Notes under the pieces: generated by a model
Database searches by the model: none
What the model was told of the DNA's origin: nothing
The model's input: only the letters and a program-made list of their open reading frames with translations
Program-made: the position numbers and the translations under genes
From: Planctomycetaceae bacterium
Lineage (GTDB): Bacteria > Planctomycetota > Phycisphaerae > Phycisphaerales > SM1A02
Direction of reading: 5' to 3'
Assembly (NCBI GenBank): GCA_947474065.1
Contig: CANJHD010000007.1
Coordinates: 2,365 to 66,364 of the forward strand
Length of the DNA: 64,000 nt
Shown: one piece after another, positions 37,204 through 47,030 of the stretch
Position numbering within the stretch: position 1 is the first letter of the stretch
How the letters are laid out: each line of letters opens with the position of its first letter

Positions 37204-40200
37204 ATGTTTGTACTTCACCTGAACTGGTCTCACGGATCACTGCGCGCTTGGGGCGAAAGTGCAGAACGATTCATCACCGCACGTGATACGCCGATCCCAA
37301 CAGGGACGCATCCATACGCTGCGTCTGTCGCGGAATTGCGCGCGGCACTCGCACCAGCGCTCGAACACGCGCGCGTGGCCACTGGCGACAACCCACGCAT
37401 CGCGGCGGAAGGTTCGCTCACTGATTCCTCACTCATGCTGCTCTTGCCGCATTCGGACACAGCTGCTGGACAACTACCACTACCAAGTGACCGACTCAGT
37501 GCCTGCGATGCCGCTGCTGGATTCGTAGCAGAGCCTGAGGATTCGCTTGCACCAATCGAAGTTCCCGCTGTTGCACTTGATTCGCGTACGGCGTTCGCGC
37601 TCTTGCGGGTACTCGATACCGAATCATCGGATGACACCGTTGCATGGGGGCATGACGCCCGCTGGTGGAACGCGGTATCGCAGTTCACTCAGCACCTCAT
37701 TAATGACCAACGCGTGATTCCAACCGTCGTGCAGGAGCGCAACGGCGCTATGTTCGCAGCATGGCGCCCTTGGCTGCAGGATGCGCCAAACCACACGAAA
37801 TTTACGGCACTCGTACGCGGCGCCCCAGCATTGGTGCGCGCTGCCGAAGGAGCCGGCGCGGCAACCACGCTGCTTGAGCAATCCATGGGCGCGTTCGTTG
37901 ATTCCAGCGTGCGCGACATCATGGAGTTGGAGAATTACTCCGAGGCTCTCGATGGCCGCGACCCAGACCGTGATCCGCATGTTGCATGGCTCACTGGACT
38001 TCTGAGCGCGCAAGTTGATGTGCGGCAGCCGTCGACCGTGGAGTCAAGCATCGTGCGCACCGCGCGGCAGTGGATCGCCAACCTCGAAGACATCGGCGAA
38101 GGTCGCGAGATGCGCCTGCTGCTGCAACTCCTTGAGCCGCCAGCTGAACTGCTCGCGAGTCCCGATGGCCACGAAGACGATCACCCATGGCGACTGCTGT
38201 TCTCCTTGGTTTCCAACGACAGCCCGCCGATCGTGGTGGATGCTGAATCACTCTGGAGTCGCGCCGTCGGTGGCCGAAATGGTCGCGGGCATTCACCGCA
38301 AGAGACACAACAACTCTGCGACATGCTCCTTGGCGAACTCGGTCGAGCCAGCCGTCTGTATCCAAAGATCGAAGAGAGCCTTGATGAAGGCGCCCCAACG
38401 GGAATGGAACTGAAGACCACGGAGGCATATCAATTCCTTCGTGATTTCAAACCTGTGCTTCAAGAAGCTGGCTTCGAAGTCCTTGCACCGGATTGGTGGG
38501 GGCAGACCGCCAACCGCGTTGGCGCGCGACTCCTCATCGATAGCGATCCATCGCCGAGCGAAGGCGGAGAAGGCGGAAAGTCGAGTGGCGGAGTCGGTCT
38601 CCACAGCTTGGTGAACTACAGCTGGCAGATTGCGCTCGGGGATACCCCGCTCACCCTTGAAGAATTCCAGGCACTGGCCAAGAAGGGCGTGCCGCTCGTG
38701 CGCATCAACGGACGCTGGGTGGAAATCCGTCCAGAAGACCTTGAGCGTGGCGTCAAATTCCTGAAGCAAAACGCCAACGGCCAGGCAACCCTCGTTGAGG
38801 CCCTGCGCATGGCGCATCTTGATGCATCTGATGGCGGGCTCCCCGTCGTCGGAGTGGACACCAAGGGATGGGTCTCCGAGATCTTTGGCCCAGACGATTC
38901 GATCGAGAAGATGCCGATGCTTGAGCAGCCGGAGCGATTCCAAGGCACGCTGCGGCCGTATCAACGCGCCGGCGTGAGTTGGCTGGCGTTCCTCGAGCGC
39001 TTCGGCATGGGCGCGTGCCTCGCCGACGACATGGGTCTCGGCAAGACCATTCAGTTGATCGCCCTTCTACAAGCAGAGCGGCAAGTTGCCCCTGAGGGCG
39101 AACGCGTTGGACCAACGCTCTTGGTGGCCCCAATGAGCGTGCTCGGAAACTGGCACCGCGAACTCACTCGCTTTGCACCAGAGCTCGTGGTGCATGTGCA
39201 TCACGGCCTCGAGCGACCACAGGGCGAGCGATTCGTACAACTCACGCAACGCGTTGACGTCGTAGTGAGCACCTATGCACTCGTCACGCGCGACAAAGAC
39301 CTCCTCAACGAGGTCGAGTGGCGCCGCGTGGTGCTCGACGAAGCGCAACACATCAAGAACCCGCCCACCAAGCAGACCGCCGCAATCCGCGCCCTACGCA
39401 CGAAGTTCCGCGTTGCGCTCACTGGTACGCCGGTTGAGAATCGACTCAGTGAATTGTGGTCAATCATGGAATTCTGCTGCCCCGGATACCTGGGAACGCA
39501 GAACGACTTCCGCAAGCGCTTTGCGCTGCCTGTCGAACGCCATCGCGACAAGCGACAAGCAGAGCGGCTTCGACAACTGGTGCGACCATTCATTCTACGC
39601 CGCCTGAAGACTGACCCGAAGGTCATCAGCGATCTTCCGCCGCTGGTTGTCACCCGGCAACAGATCCCGCTCACGCCCGAACAGGCGTCCTTGTACGAAC
39701 AAGTGGTCAACGACATGCTCAAGCGTGTCGATCAGGCCGAAGGTATTCGTCGTCGCGGGCTGGTGCTCAGCGCGTTGGTCAAACTCAAGCAGATTTGCAA
39801 TCATCCTGCGCATTTCCTACGCGAAGGAATGCCATCAAACGCGCCAGTGGCGGAAGTCTCCGAGGAAGATATGGCGGAAGGCGCACAAGCCGCGGAACCG
39901 CCAGCGCGAAAGATCGTGGTTCCAGCGAATGTGGTGCGAGCTACGCGACTGAGTGCACGCAGTGGCAAGAGCCTGCGAGTGATGGAAATGCTTGAAGAAC
40001 TCACCGCAGCGGGCGACCGCGCGCTGATCTTTACGCAGTACCGACAGATGGGCCATTTGCTGGTGCAGATGATTCGGCAAGAGCTCGACATCGAAGCATT
40101 GTTCCTGCACGGTGGAACGCCGCAGGCCAAGCGCGATCAGTTGGTGCAGAGGTTCCAGAGCGAAGATCCGGCATCGCCACTCTTCATTCTTAGTCTCAAG

Positions 40201-40509
40201 GCTGGTGGCGTCGGACTGAACCTGACCGCGGCGAATCATGTGTTCCACTATGACCGTTGGTGGAATCCCGCTGTTGAGAACCAGGCCACCGACCGCGCGT
40301 TCCGTATCGGTCAACTACGCACCGTGAATGTCCACAAGATGATCACGGTGGGCACGCTTGAAGAACGCATCGATCAGATGATCGAACAGAAAACCGAACT
40401 AGCTAGCCAGATCATTGGCAGCGGCGAGCAATGGCTCACCGAGCTCAACACCTCGCAGTTGCGTGACCTGCTCTCGCTCCGCGGCAACACACTGGAGGAC
40501 GGAGCATGA
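37204..40509 (+). CDS. SNF2-family helicase with an N-terminal SNF2-helicase-associated domain
   Basis: LRPYQ..G..WL, DDMGLGKT (motif I), DEAQHIKN (motif II), LTGTPVENRL (motif III), and the C-terminal helicase motifs FILSLKAGGVGLNLT and QATDRAFRIGQ. The ORF opens at 37168 and Met at 37204 (MFVLHLNW) is preferred. Confidence 0.85.
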   Translation: MFVLHLNWSHGSLRAWGESAERFITARDTPIPTGTHPYAASVAELRAALAPALEHARVATGDNPRIAAEGSLTDSSLMLLLPHSDTAAGQLPLPSDRLSACDAAAGFVAEPEDSLAPIEVPAVALDSRTAFALLRVLDTESSDDTVAWGHDARWWNAVSQFTQHLINDQRVIPTVVQERNGAMFAAWRPWLQDAPNHTKFTALVRGAPALVRAAEGAGAATTLLEQSMGAFVDSSVRDIMELENYSEALDGRDPDRDPHVAWLTGLLSAQVDVRQPSTVESSIVRTARQWIANLEDIGEGREMRLLLQLLEPPAELLASPDGHEDDHPWRLLFSLVSNDSPPIVVDAESLWSRAVGGRNGRGHSPQETQQLCDMLLGELGRASRLYPKIEESLDEGAPTGMELKTTEAYQFLRDFKPVLQEAGFEVLAPDWWGQTANRVGARLLIDSDPSPSEGGEGGKSSGGVGLHSLVNYSWQIALGDTPLTLEEFQALAKKGVPLVRINGRWVEIRPEDLERGVKFLKQNANGQATLVEALRMAHLDASDGGLPVVGVDTKGWVSEIFGPDDSIEKMPMLEQPERFQGTLRPYQRAGVSWLAFLERFGMGACLADDMGLGKTIQLIALLQAERQVAPEGERVGPTLLVAPMSVLGNWHRELTRFAPELVVHVHHGLERPQGERFVQLTQRVDVVVSTYALVTRDKDLLNEVEWRRVVLDEAQHIKNPPTKQTAAIRALRTKFRVALTGTPVENRLSELWSIMEFCCPGYLGTQNDFRKRFALPVERHRDKRQAERLRQLVRPFILRRLKTDPKVISDLPPLVVTRQQIPLTPEQASLYEQVVNDMLKRVDQAEGIRRRGLVLSALVKLKQICNHPAHFLREGMPSNAPVAEVSEEDMAEGAQAAEPPARKIVVPANVVRATRLSARSGKSLRVMEMLEELTAAGDRALIFTQYRQMGHLLVQMIRQELDIEALFLHGGTPQAKRDQLVQRFQSEDPASPLFILSLKAGGVGLNLTAANHVFHYDRWWNPAVENQATDRAFRIGQLRTVNVHKMITVGTLEERIDQMIEQKTELASQIIGSGEQWLTELNTSQLRDLLSLRGNTLEDGA

Positions 40510-41378
40510 GTAGCGAAGGTTTCAGTATTCGGCCATCGCAGAAGAAATTGGAACAGCCACGTCGCGTGCGTCATGGCATCCGTTTCCGAAGAAAACTCGG
40601 CCTTGAGGGACTTCCGTGGCACGCCTCGGCATTTGTTCAGGCTGTTGAGGCGGGAATGCCTCCAGATGTGCGGATGCTCGGCATGGAGTACGCGCTCGCA
40701 GGCCAGGTAGCCAACTACACCGTTACGCCTGGACTAGTGGATACCGCTGTGCAAGGGCGTGGTGTTAACCCATATCGAGCGAAGATCATGCTTCGCCCGC
40801 TTTCCCGTGAAGAATGGGACAAGGTCATCGAGCGGATGGCCAGCGAAGCGGTGTATGCCGCGCGACTTCTGACTGGAGAGGTGCCAGAGTCAATTGAGGA
40901 GTGCTTCGCCGTGGTCGGGCGACATCTGTTGCCAGCTCCCGGCGACGGGATCCATACCGAGTGTGACTGCGGGCTCGAGCAACCCTGCAAGCATGTAGCT
41001 GCGGCCGCCTACCTCATGGGAGAGCGCATCGAGGTTGACCCCGTGGTGCTCTTTGCGCTGCGTGGGCTTGATGGCGAATTATTACTTGAGCGGCTTCAAG
41101 AGCAACGGACACTGCAGACGTCTGGAATCTCTCAGGCGCATGCCACGGCATCTACCGTCGAAGAAGACAACGGCGGGCTTCCGCCGCTTGAGCAGTGCAT
41201 CGCGGACTTCTGGCGGCCAACTGCGGCGCTTGAGGAGGCGGAGTCGGCTCCTTCGACGGAACATGTCCCACATGCACTCTTGCGCCGCATGGGACCAAGC
41301 CCCATGGGTGGAAAGTTCCCAATGGTCGGGCTGCTCGCGAGCATCTACGACAGTATTCGTGCGCGAACAGGTGGGTAA
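40506..41378 (+). CDS. SWIM zinc-finger protein
   Basis: The C-x-C-x5-C-x-H motif (HTECDCGLEQPCKH) is the SWIM signature. There is a 4-nt ATGA overlap with the SNF2 gene. Confidence 0.8.
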   Translation: MSSEGFSIRPSQKKLEQPRRVRHGIRFRRKLGLEGLPWHASAFVQAVEAGMPPDVRMLGMEYALAGQVANYTVTPGLVDTAVQGRGVNPYRAKIMLRPLSREEWDKVIERMASEAVYAARLLTGEVPESIEECFAVVGRHLLPAPGDGIHTECDCGLEQPCKHVAAAAYLMGERIEVDPVVLFALRGLDGELLLERLQEQRTLQTSGISQAHATASTVEEDNGGLPPLEQCIADFWRPTAALEEAESAPSTEHVPHALLRRMGPSPMGGKFPMVGLLASIYDSIRARTGG

Positions 41379-41432
41379 TCAGGCGATGTCACGCCCATCA
41401 GAGGCGGGAGGCGCTACCGAGCGAGCCCTTCC

Positions 41433-41882
41433 TCAGGCTGTCGCGCTTGGATTGCTATAGAAGATCCGCAGACGGTTACCTGGGTGCAGGTATTCCACCG
41501 AAGACATGTACGCGCGCATCAGCATGATTCCGCGCCCCGAGGGGATGTCGATGTTCTCATCGGCAGTCGGGTCCGGAACCGAACCAGGATCAAAGCCATC
41601 GCCCTCATCGATCACCACTAACTCAACGCCCTTTGAATCGATCTTGCACTCAACGGTGACGTGCTTGGATGGATTCCCTTTGTTTCCGTGGCGGAAGCCG
41701 TTGACCAAGGCTTCTTCGAGCGCCAAACGGATGGCGAATGAGGCCGCCTCACCGTAGCCACAACTCAGGAGCGCATCATTGACGTCAGACTGCAGACCTT
41801 CGATGGAATCTCGCTGCTCAAGAAGCACCCAGCTTCGCTCGAAGCGCCCATCATGAACATGTCCCTGTGCGGGGTGAGTCAT
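41433..41882 (-). CDS. anti-sigma-factor-type serine kinase (RsbW/SpoIIAB-like, HATPase_c_2)
   Basis: N-box EEALVNGFRHGN, G1 DEGDGFD and G2 GRGIMLM. It starts 14 nt after the STAS gene stop. The ORF is open to 42011, but that part overlaps the STAS gene. Confidence 0.8.
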   Translation of the reverse strand: MTHPAQGHVHDGRFERSWVLLEQRDSIEGLQSDVNDALLSCGYGEAASFAIRLALEEALVNGFRHGNKGNPSKHVTVECKIDSKGVELVVIDEGDGFDPGSVPDPTADENIDIPSGRGIMLMRAYMSSVEYLHPGNRLRIFYSNPSATA

Positions 41883-41896
41883 GGACTGGTTACCTT

Positions 41897-42268
41897 TCAC
41901 TGGGGGACGCCAAGGCTTGCCTTGGCTGACGCGAGGTCCTTCTCGATACGCAGGATCTTGTTCAACTTGGTGATCTGGAAAATTTGCATGATCTGCGCAT
42001 TGATCTCGCACAGACGCAACTGACCGTCCTTAGCCTTCACCTTATTCATAACCGTCAGAAGGGTGCCGAGCGCTGCCGATGAAAGATGCTCGACCCCCTT
42101 AAAGGTGACGACAATGCGTGGTCGAGGAGAATCGTCTACCAGTCTCGTCAACTCATTACCGATTTGGCGGATGACCACCTCATCGATGATGTGCTTCTCG
42201 GTGAACTCAACGAGTGTGCACTCGGGGTCCTTTGCGATCCGAATAAAACTTTGCTGCGGCTGTGCCAT
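41897..42268 (-). CDS. anti-sigma factor antagonist (STAS domain, RsbV/SpoIIAA-like)
   Basis: About 123 aa with a V.F.GVEHLSSAALGTLL motif that retains the phosphorylatable Ser position. I chose Met at 42268. Confidence 0.8.
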   Translation of the reverse strand: MAQPQQSFIRIAKDPECTLVEFTEKHIIDEVVIRQIGNELTRLVDDSPRPRIVVTFKGVEHLSSAALGTLLTVMNKVKAKDGQLRLCEINAQIMQIFQITKLNKILRIEKDLASAKASLGVPQ

Positions 42269-42366
42269 ATCAGTCAAGTGTACCCCCGTCATACGCCGCG
42301 GACTCCCAAAAGAACATCGGGAGCCCAAAGGCTCCCGATGTAGGGCGACAAACACTATGCGGGGGC

Positions 42367-45300
42367 TTAGTAGCCCGCGCCCGGCGACATCTGCTGACGC
42401 AGACCCGGGAACAACGCATCTTCCTGCTCCTGCTGAATGATGATCTCTGGACGGATCATCAGGAGCAACGTGGTTTCTGTCTTCGATGTGATGCGGTTCG
42501 TGAAGAAGCGATTGACCACCGGAATCTTGGAGAGCATGGGCACGCCGACCTCGATTTCGAGTTCCTGGACCAAACGCTGTCCGCCGAGCAAGATAGTTCC
42601 CTTGTCCGGGACAGTGACCGTGGTGTCAATCTGTGTACCTGTAACTTCAGGAAGCTGAATCGTTCCAGAGAAGTTCGAGGACCGACCACCGCCACCGCCG
42701 CCACCACCGCCGCCGCCGGCAGCACCGGTCACCTCCGTAGGTGTGAACTTAGCGTTCTGATTAAGACCAAAGAGAACCGTCATCGTGACGTATCTACGAT
42801 CACCGGAAATGCATGCTTCAATGTCGAGCACGAAGCCTTCATACAGCTGGCTGATGACTGGCGAGAATGCACCCGAATTGTCACCCGTGACCGGGACGAG
42901 ATTGGATACGTACGCGATTACCTTGGCAACACTAATCCACGAACGCTGGCAGTTGTAAAGGGTCAGGCGCGGCGCGGTGAGCACCACGTTGCGCTGATCA
43001 GCCTGCGTTGCAGTGATGAGGAGGTCAACCTGAACATCGTCGAGGTAGGTGAATCCAGTGGTAAGTACCGGGCTCGCCGCTGCGGCGAGGCCGAACGGAT
43101 TGAGACCAGCGGCCGCCAAGGTATTGACCAGCGGCAAACCTTCCTGTTGCAAGTTGACTGTTGAGATTTCACCCTTCTGTACGCCAATAGGCTGCACTGG
43201 AACGGCGGATCCGTAGGTGATGTCCTGACCGAAGCCGTTTGGCAAATCACCCTGGTTCGTCGGGAATCCCGTGCCGCCCACTGGGGTATTGACTCCAGGC
43301 TGTGCAACGTTTCCGAAGATGACGGGGTTCTTGAGACGGCCAGTCTGCGACGTGGTGCCGGCAGTGTTTCCTGGGCCACCCTTCTGATAGAAGAAGTCGC
43401 GAAGTTGGAAGTTTGGGTCAACTGCACGCGCCGCTGACCACATGCGGTCATTGGAGTTGAAGTACAAGTCGAAGTCGATACCGATCTGCTCGAACCAGTC
43501 CATGGAGACCTGAACAACGCGGCCTTCGATGTTGATCTGCAATGCACGAATCGCTCGCAACTGCTGCAGGAGACCCTCGATCTCACGGTGCGCCGAAGGC
43601 GAAGCTGTGACAATCAGGTTGCGGTTGAACTCTGCGATGCGGTCAGTACCTTCGCCACGCTCTTCCCAGTTGGCATCGACCTGGTTGTAAATGAGCTGCT
43701 TCAGCTGGTCGATGAGTTCGCCTGGGTCACCGCGCTCTGGTGCTTCGCCGGGGGTTCCGAACGGCACTCCGCCGCCGCCACCACCACCGCCGCCACCGCT
43801 GCCGCCACCGCCGCCACCGCCACCGAATCCGCCGCCACCGCCGCCACCACTGCCACCACCGCCGCCACCGCCGCCGCCGCCAGTCTGGACGGACTGGCTG
43901 AGGTTGAACTCAGGCGCGTTGTCAAAGTTGGGTGCGCGGAACAGAAGGTCGCGTACGTCGTACACGAAGGTGACCTGCTTCTTCTGCACGCCCGCCTTCG
44001 TGGTGATGACCACGATGCCATCCTGCACATCGAAAGCGAGCGGATCGCTCGGGGGGGTATCGCCGTTCTTAGAAACAACACGCTCAAGAACGCGCTTGAT
44101 GGCTGATGCCATGTTCGTGCTGCCGAGGTCAATGGTGACCGCGGTCTGCTCTGGCTCAAGACCCACTTCCTTCAACTGTGTCCAATCGATCAAGAAGTCC
44201 ACCTTGGTCTGGTTCTTGAAGTAGTCACAGGCTTGCTCAAGAGTTGGGCCGGTAGTGAACGGAACCGGGAGCGACGTGGTCTGAAGTTTGTTCCAGGTAG
44301 GAACATTCACCTCTGCCTCACGGTAACCACTTGCTCCGTAATCAGGCTCACGGACGCGACGATCACTGAGTTCCTGCCAGTCCTCTGGATAGGTCACGAG
44401 TGCATTCGTCGAACGTGGTCCTGGACCGGAAACATTCACGCGCTGCGGCACAGTGGCCTCGAGTGCCTCGTCGGCAAGACGCGAGAATCCGTAGGAGCGG
44501 CGCTTCTGAGTCTCTGCAAAGCGGACATACATCTCTGTTGTATGCAGTGCATCACGAAGAGTCAGCGCTGCCGAGTTGTTGGGGTCGAGAGCGAGGGCGC
44601 TATCAAGAACCTGCAGCGCTTCGGTGTACTTCTGCTGCATTTGCAACTTGCGTACGTTGAGGAGGATTTCATTGACGCGCTTTGTGCGGTTCTCTTCCTC
44701 GGTGCGTTGCGATGATGCGCTCTGTTCACCTTGAGTGTTGCGCGCTTTCTGATCAACCGTCAGTTTGTGCTGTCGGGATTCTTCGCCGATCTGGTCAACT
44801 AATTTTTCGGCGTCGGTCGACATTTGCTCGAACTCTGCTGCGTTCAGGACATTGCGAGCAAGGTCAAGGCGGGTGCGCGCCGTCACGGCGGCGAGTTTGG
44901 CTTGGTCGTAATCCTGCTGCGATAGAAGGCTCTGTGAGCGCTTGATGTCGGAACTGAATTGCGCAGTTGCCTGCTGGCGGCGGACTTCGCGATCGCTTGA
45001 GACGCTACCGATCACAGTGCCACCCTCGAGCATGGACTGTGCGCGTGCGCGCTCGCGTGTTGCTTCTTCATCTCCAGGCAAGAACTGCAGGAGTGTTGCC
45101 CATCCGTTGGCCGCCTGCGACCACTCGCCCTTCTTCATTGCTGCCTGTGCTGCAGAGCGGATTTGCTTTGTATCAACAGTGACCTGAGTGTCATCAGCGG
45201 GCTCAATCGCGGCTGGCTCCGCAGTTGGCGCGGGCTTGGTGGCCACTGGCTTCTCGGCAGGCGGAGCCGCCTGCTTTGTTGGCTCTGGTTCGGTGGGCTT

Positions 45301-45567
45301 TGGAGCGGGATCAGCTGGCGGCTCGGTTGCTGGTTCGCTCGGCTCTGGAGCAGGATCAGCTGGCGGCTCGGTTGCTGGATCGGTCGGCTCTGGTGCAGGG
45401 TCCTGCATTGGAGCGATCGGCATTGCAGTCGCGTGGCGAGTCACTGCGTGGGGCATCACGGCAGTTACGCCGAACATCCCGACCACAAGCGTCGTCTTAA
45501 GCGCAGAAGAAGAACGCGCAAGCAGCGAGTTCAGCGGACTGACGAATCGAATCTCTTCACGAGGCAT
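42367..45567 (-). CDS. secretin-family outer-membrane channel (GspD/PilQ-like) with a long low-complexity N-terminal region
   Basis: C-terminal secretin domain (TV.VPDKGTILLGG....E.....GVP.LSKIP....F.....S......LL..I.P.II). Secretin N-domains lie around FDVQDGIVVITT and NLIVTASPSAHREIEGLLQQLR. There is a signal peptide, a PEPT-rich repeat and two poly-Gly tracts. Confidence 0.8.
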   Translation of the reverse strand: MPREEIRFVSPLNSLLARSSSALKTTLVVGMFGVTAVMPHAVTRHATAMPIAPMQDPAPEPTDPATEPPADPAPEPSEPATEPPADPAPKPTEPEPTKQAAPPAEKPVATKPAPTAEPAAIEPADDTQVTVDTKQIRSAAQAAMKKGEWSQAANGWATLLQFLPGDEEATRERARAQSMLEGGTVIGSVSSDREVRRQQATAQFSSDIKRSQSLLSQQDYDQAKLAAVTARTRLDLARNVLNAAEFEQMSTDAEKLVDQIGEESRQHKLTVDQKARNTQGEQSASSQRTEEENRTKRVNEILLNVRKLQMQQKYTEALQVLDSALALDPNNSAALTLRDALHTTEMYVRFAETQKRRSYGFSRLADEALEATVPQRVNVSGPGPRSTNALVTYPEDWQELSDRRVREPDYGASGYREAEVNVPTWNKLQTTSLPVPFTTGPTLEQACDYFKNQTKVDFLIDWTQLKEVGLEPEQTAVTIDLGSTNMASAIKRVLERVVSKNGDTPPSDPLAFDVQDGIVVITTKAGVQKKQVTFVYDVRDLLFRAPNFDNAPEFNLSQSVQTGGGGGGGGGGSGGGGGGGFGGGGGGGGSGGGGGGGGGGVPFGTPGEAPERGDPGELIDQLKQLIYNQVDANWEERGEGTDRIAEFNRNLIVTASPSAHREIEGLLQQLRAIRALQINIEGRVVQVSMDWFEQIGIDFDLYFNSNDRMWSAARAVDPNFQLRDFFYQKGGPGNTAGTTSQTGRLKNPVIFGNVAQPGVNTPVGGTGFPTNQGDLPNGFGQDITYGSAVPVQPIGVQKGEISTVNLQQEGLPLVNTLAAAGLNPFGLAAAASPVLTTGFTYLDDVQVDLLITATQADQRNVVLTAPRLTLYNCQRSWISVAKVIAYVSNLVPVTGDNSGAFSPVISQLYEGFVLDIEACISGDRRYVTMTVLFGLNQNAKFTPTEVTGAAGGGGGGGGGGGRSSNFSGTIQLPEVTGTQIDTTVTVPDKGTILLGGQRLVQELEIEVGVPMLSKIPVVNRFFTNRITSKTETTLLLMIRPEIIIQQEQEDALFPGLRQQMSPGAGY
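43769..43882 (-). repeat. imperfect (GGN)n tract encoding a roughly 38-residue poly-Gly linker inside the secretin gene
   Basis: The plus strand reads gccgccgccaccaccaccgccgccaccgct... continuously. It translates to GGGGGGGGGSGGGGGGGFGGGGGGGGSGGGGGGGGGG. A second 11-Gly tract lies at about 42685-42720. Confidence 0.85.
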
Positions 45568-45808
45568 GACTGCTCCTAGACGACAAGCGCCAGCGCCGCC
45601 ACATGGCGGTGTTGGCCGAACATCTCTTTCGGGCGAGGTTGCCCAAAGGATCGCCCCACATCGATAGATTCGGCACGGACCGAACCCAAAGGTGGAGGTT
45701 GCGCGAGACTACCCTGCCCTCCGGCAGCCTGCAAAGGGGGGACCCGGGTTCGGGGACAACCCGTCAACTGCTGAACTTCGGGCAAAACCCGTTACACTCC
45801 GACCCGCC

Positions 45809-47020
45809 ATGATCCAGCGAGCCCAGCCAATGGAACCAAAAATCTGTCGACTCGCTCTTGAAGACGGAACGGTCTTTCATGGCCATCCGTTCGGTCTTTG
45901 TACGGATAAATCGACCGCTGGCGGCGAAGTTGTCTTCAACACTGCCATGTGCGGGTACCAGGAAGCGCTGACTGACCCTTCCTATACAGGGCAAATCCTG
46001 ACCATGACCGCAACGGAAATGGGCAACTACGGAATTGCCGACGAGGATGGTGAGAGCGGCTCCACCGCCGTACGCGGTTTTGTGGTGCGCGAGGCGATTG
46101 AGGAACCAAGTAATCATCGTTCCATGAGCAGCCTCTCCGCTTGGCTTGCGGCGAACGGCGTGATTGGAATTGATGGAATCGATACGCGGGCCTTGGTGCG
46201 AATTCTGCGTACCAAGGGCGCGCTGCGTGGCGTGCTCTTCGTTGGCGCAACGAAATCGGACGAAGAACTTATTGCTATGGCGCGCGCCCTCCCTTCGATG
46301 GCGGGACAGAATCTTGCGGGATGCGTCAGCCCAACACAGAGCAGTACATGGCGCGAAGGACTCGGCGAGTGGACGATGCGTGGGCAATCACATGGCGGGC
46401 GCGCTTTCAAAGTGGTCGCGCTTGATTGCGGTGCAAAGCACAACATCTATCGAAACCTTGCTGAGCGCGGTTGTGATATCGAAGTCGTGCCGCACGACTT
46501 GAGCGCCGCAGAAATTCGCGCGCGCAAGCCGGACGGATTGTTCATCTCCAACGGCCCCGGCGATCCAGCTGCCGTGGAGCAAACCATCGCAACGCTGCGC
46601 GAGATTGCCGGCGAAATACCAACTTTCGGTATCTGCCTTGGTCATCAGTTGCTCGCCCTCGCCCTTGGTGCCAAGACTTGGAAGCTGAAGTTTGGTCATC
46701 GCGGGGCCAACCAGCCCGTGCGCAATTTGCTCACTGGTCGTGTTGAAATTACTAGCCAAAATCACGGCTTCTGTGTCGACGAAGCGTCTCTGCGCGCTGT
46801 CGGCGGTGAACCGACGCATATGCACCTGAATGATGGCACATTGGCGGGATTCAGGCATACTTCGAAGCCGATCTTCAGTGTGCAATATCACCCCGAGGCA
46901 TCGCCTGGACCGCATGACTCTGCGTACCTCTTCGACTGCTTCGTCACCATGATGGGCAGCAGGCGACCAATCACCGCCGCTGACATGGAAGCGGCGCAAC
47001 GTGCGCTCGCTTCCGCGTGA
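45809..47020 (+). CDS. carA: carbamoyl-phosphate synthase small (glutaminase) subunit
   Basis: L.LEDGTVF.G..FG N-terminus, the GICLGHQLL catalytic Cys motif and HGFCV..........VQYHPEA. The ORF opens at 45692. Met at 45809 or 45830 fits CarA length. Confidence 0.9.
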   Translation: MIQRAQPMEPKICRLALEDGTVFHGHPFGLCTDKSTAGGEVVFNTAMCGYQEALTDPSYTGQILTMTATEMGNYGIADEDGESGSTAVRGFVVREAIEEPSNHRSMSSLSAWLAANGVIGIDGIDTRALVRILRTKGALRGVLFVGATKSDEELIAMARALPSMAGQNLAGCVSPTQSSTWREGLGEWTMRGQSHGGRAFKVVALDCGAKHNIYRNLAERGCDIEVVPHDLSAAEIRARKPDGLFISNGPGDPAAVEQTIATLREIAGEIPTFGICLGHQLLALALGAKTWKLKFGHRGANQPVRNLLTGRVEITSQNHGFCVDEASLRAVGGEPTHMHLNDGTLAGFRHTSKPIFSVQYHPEASPGPHDSAYLFDCFVTMMGSRRPITAADMEAAQRALASA

Positions 47021-47030
47021 CGAGCCCTGC

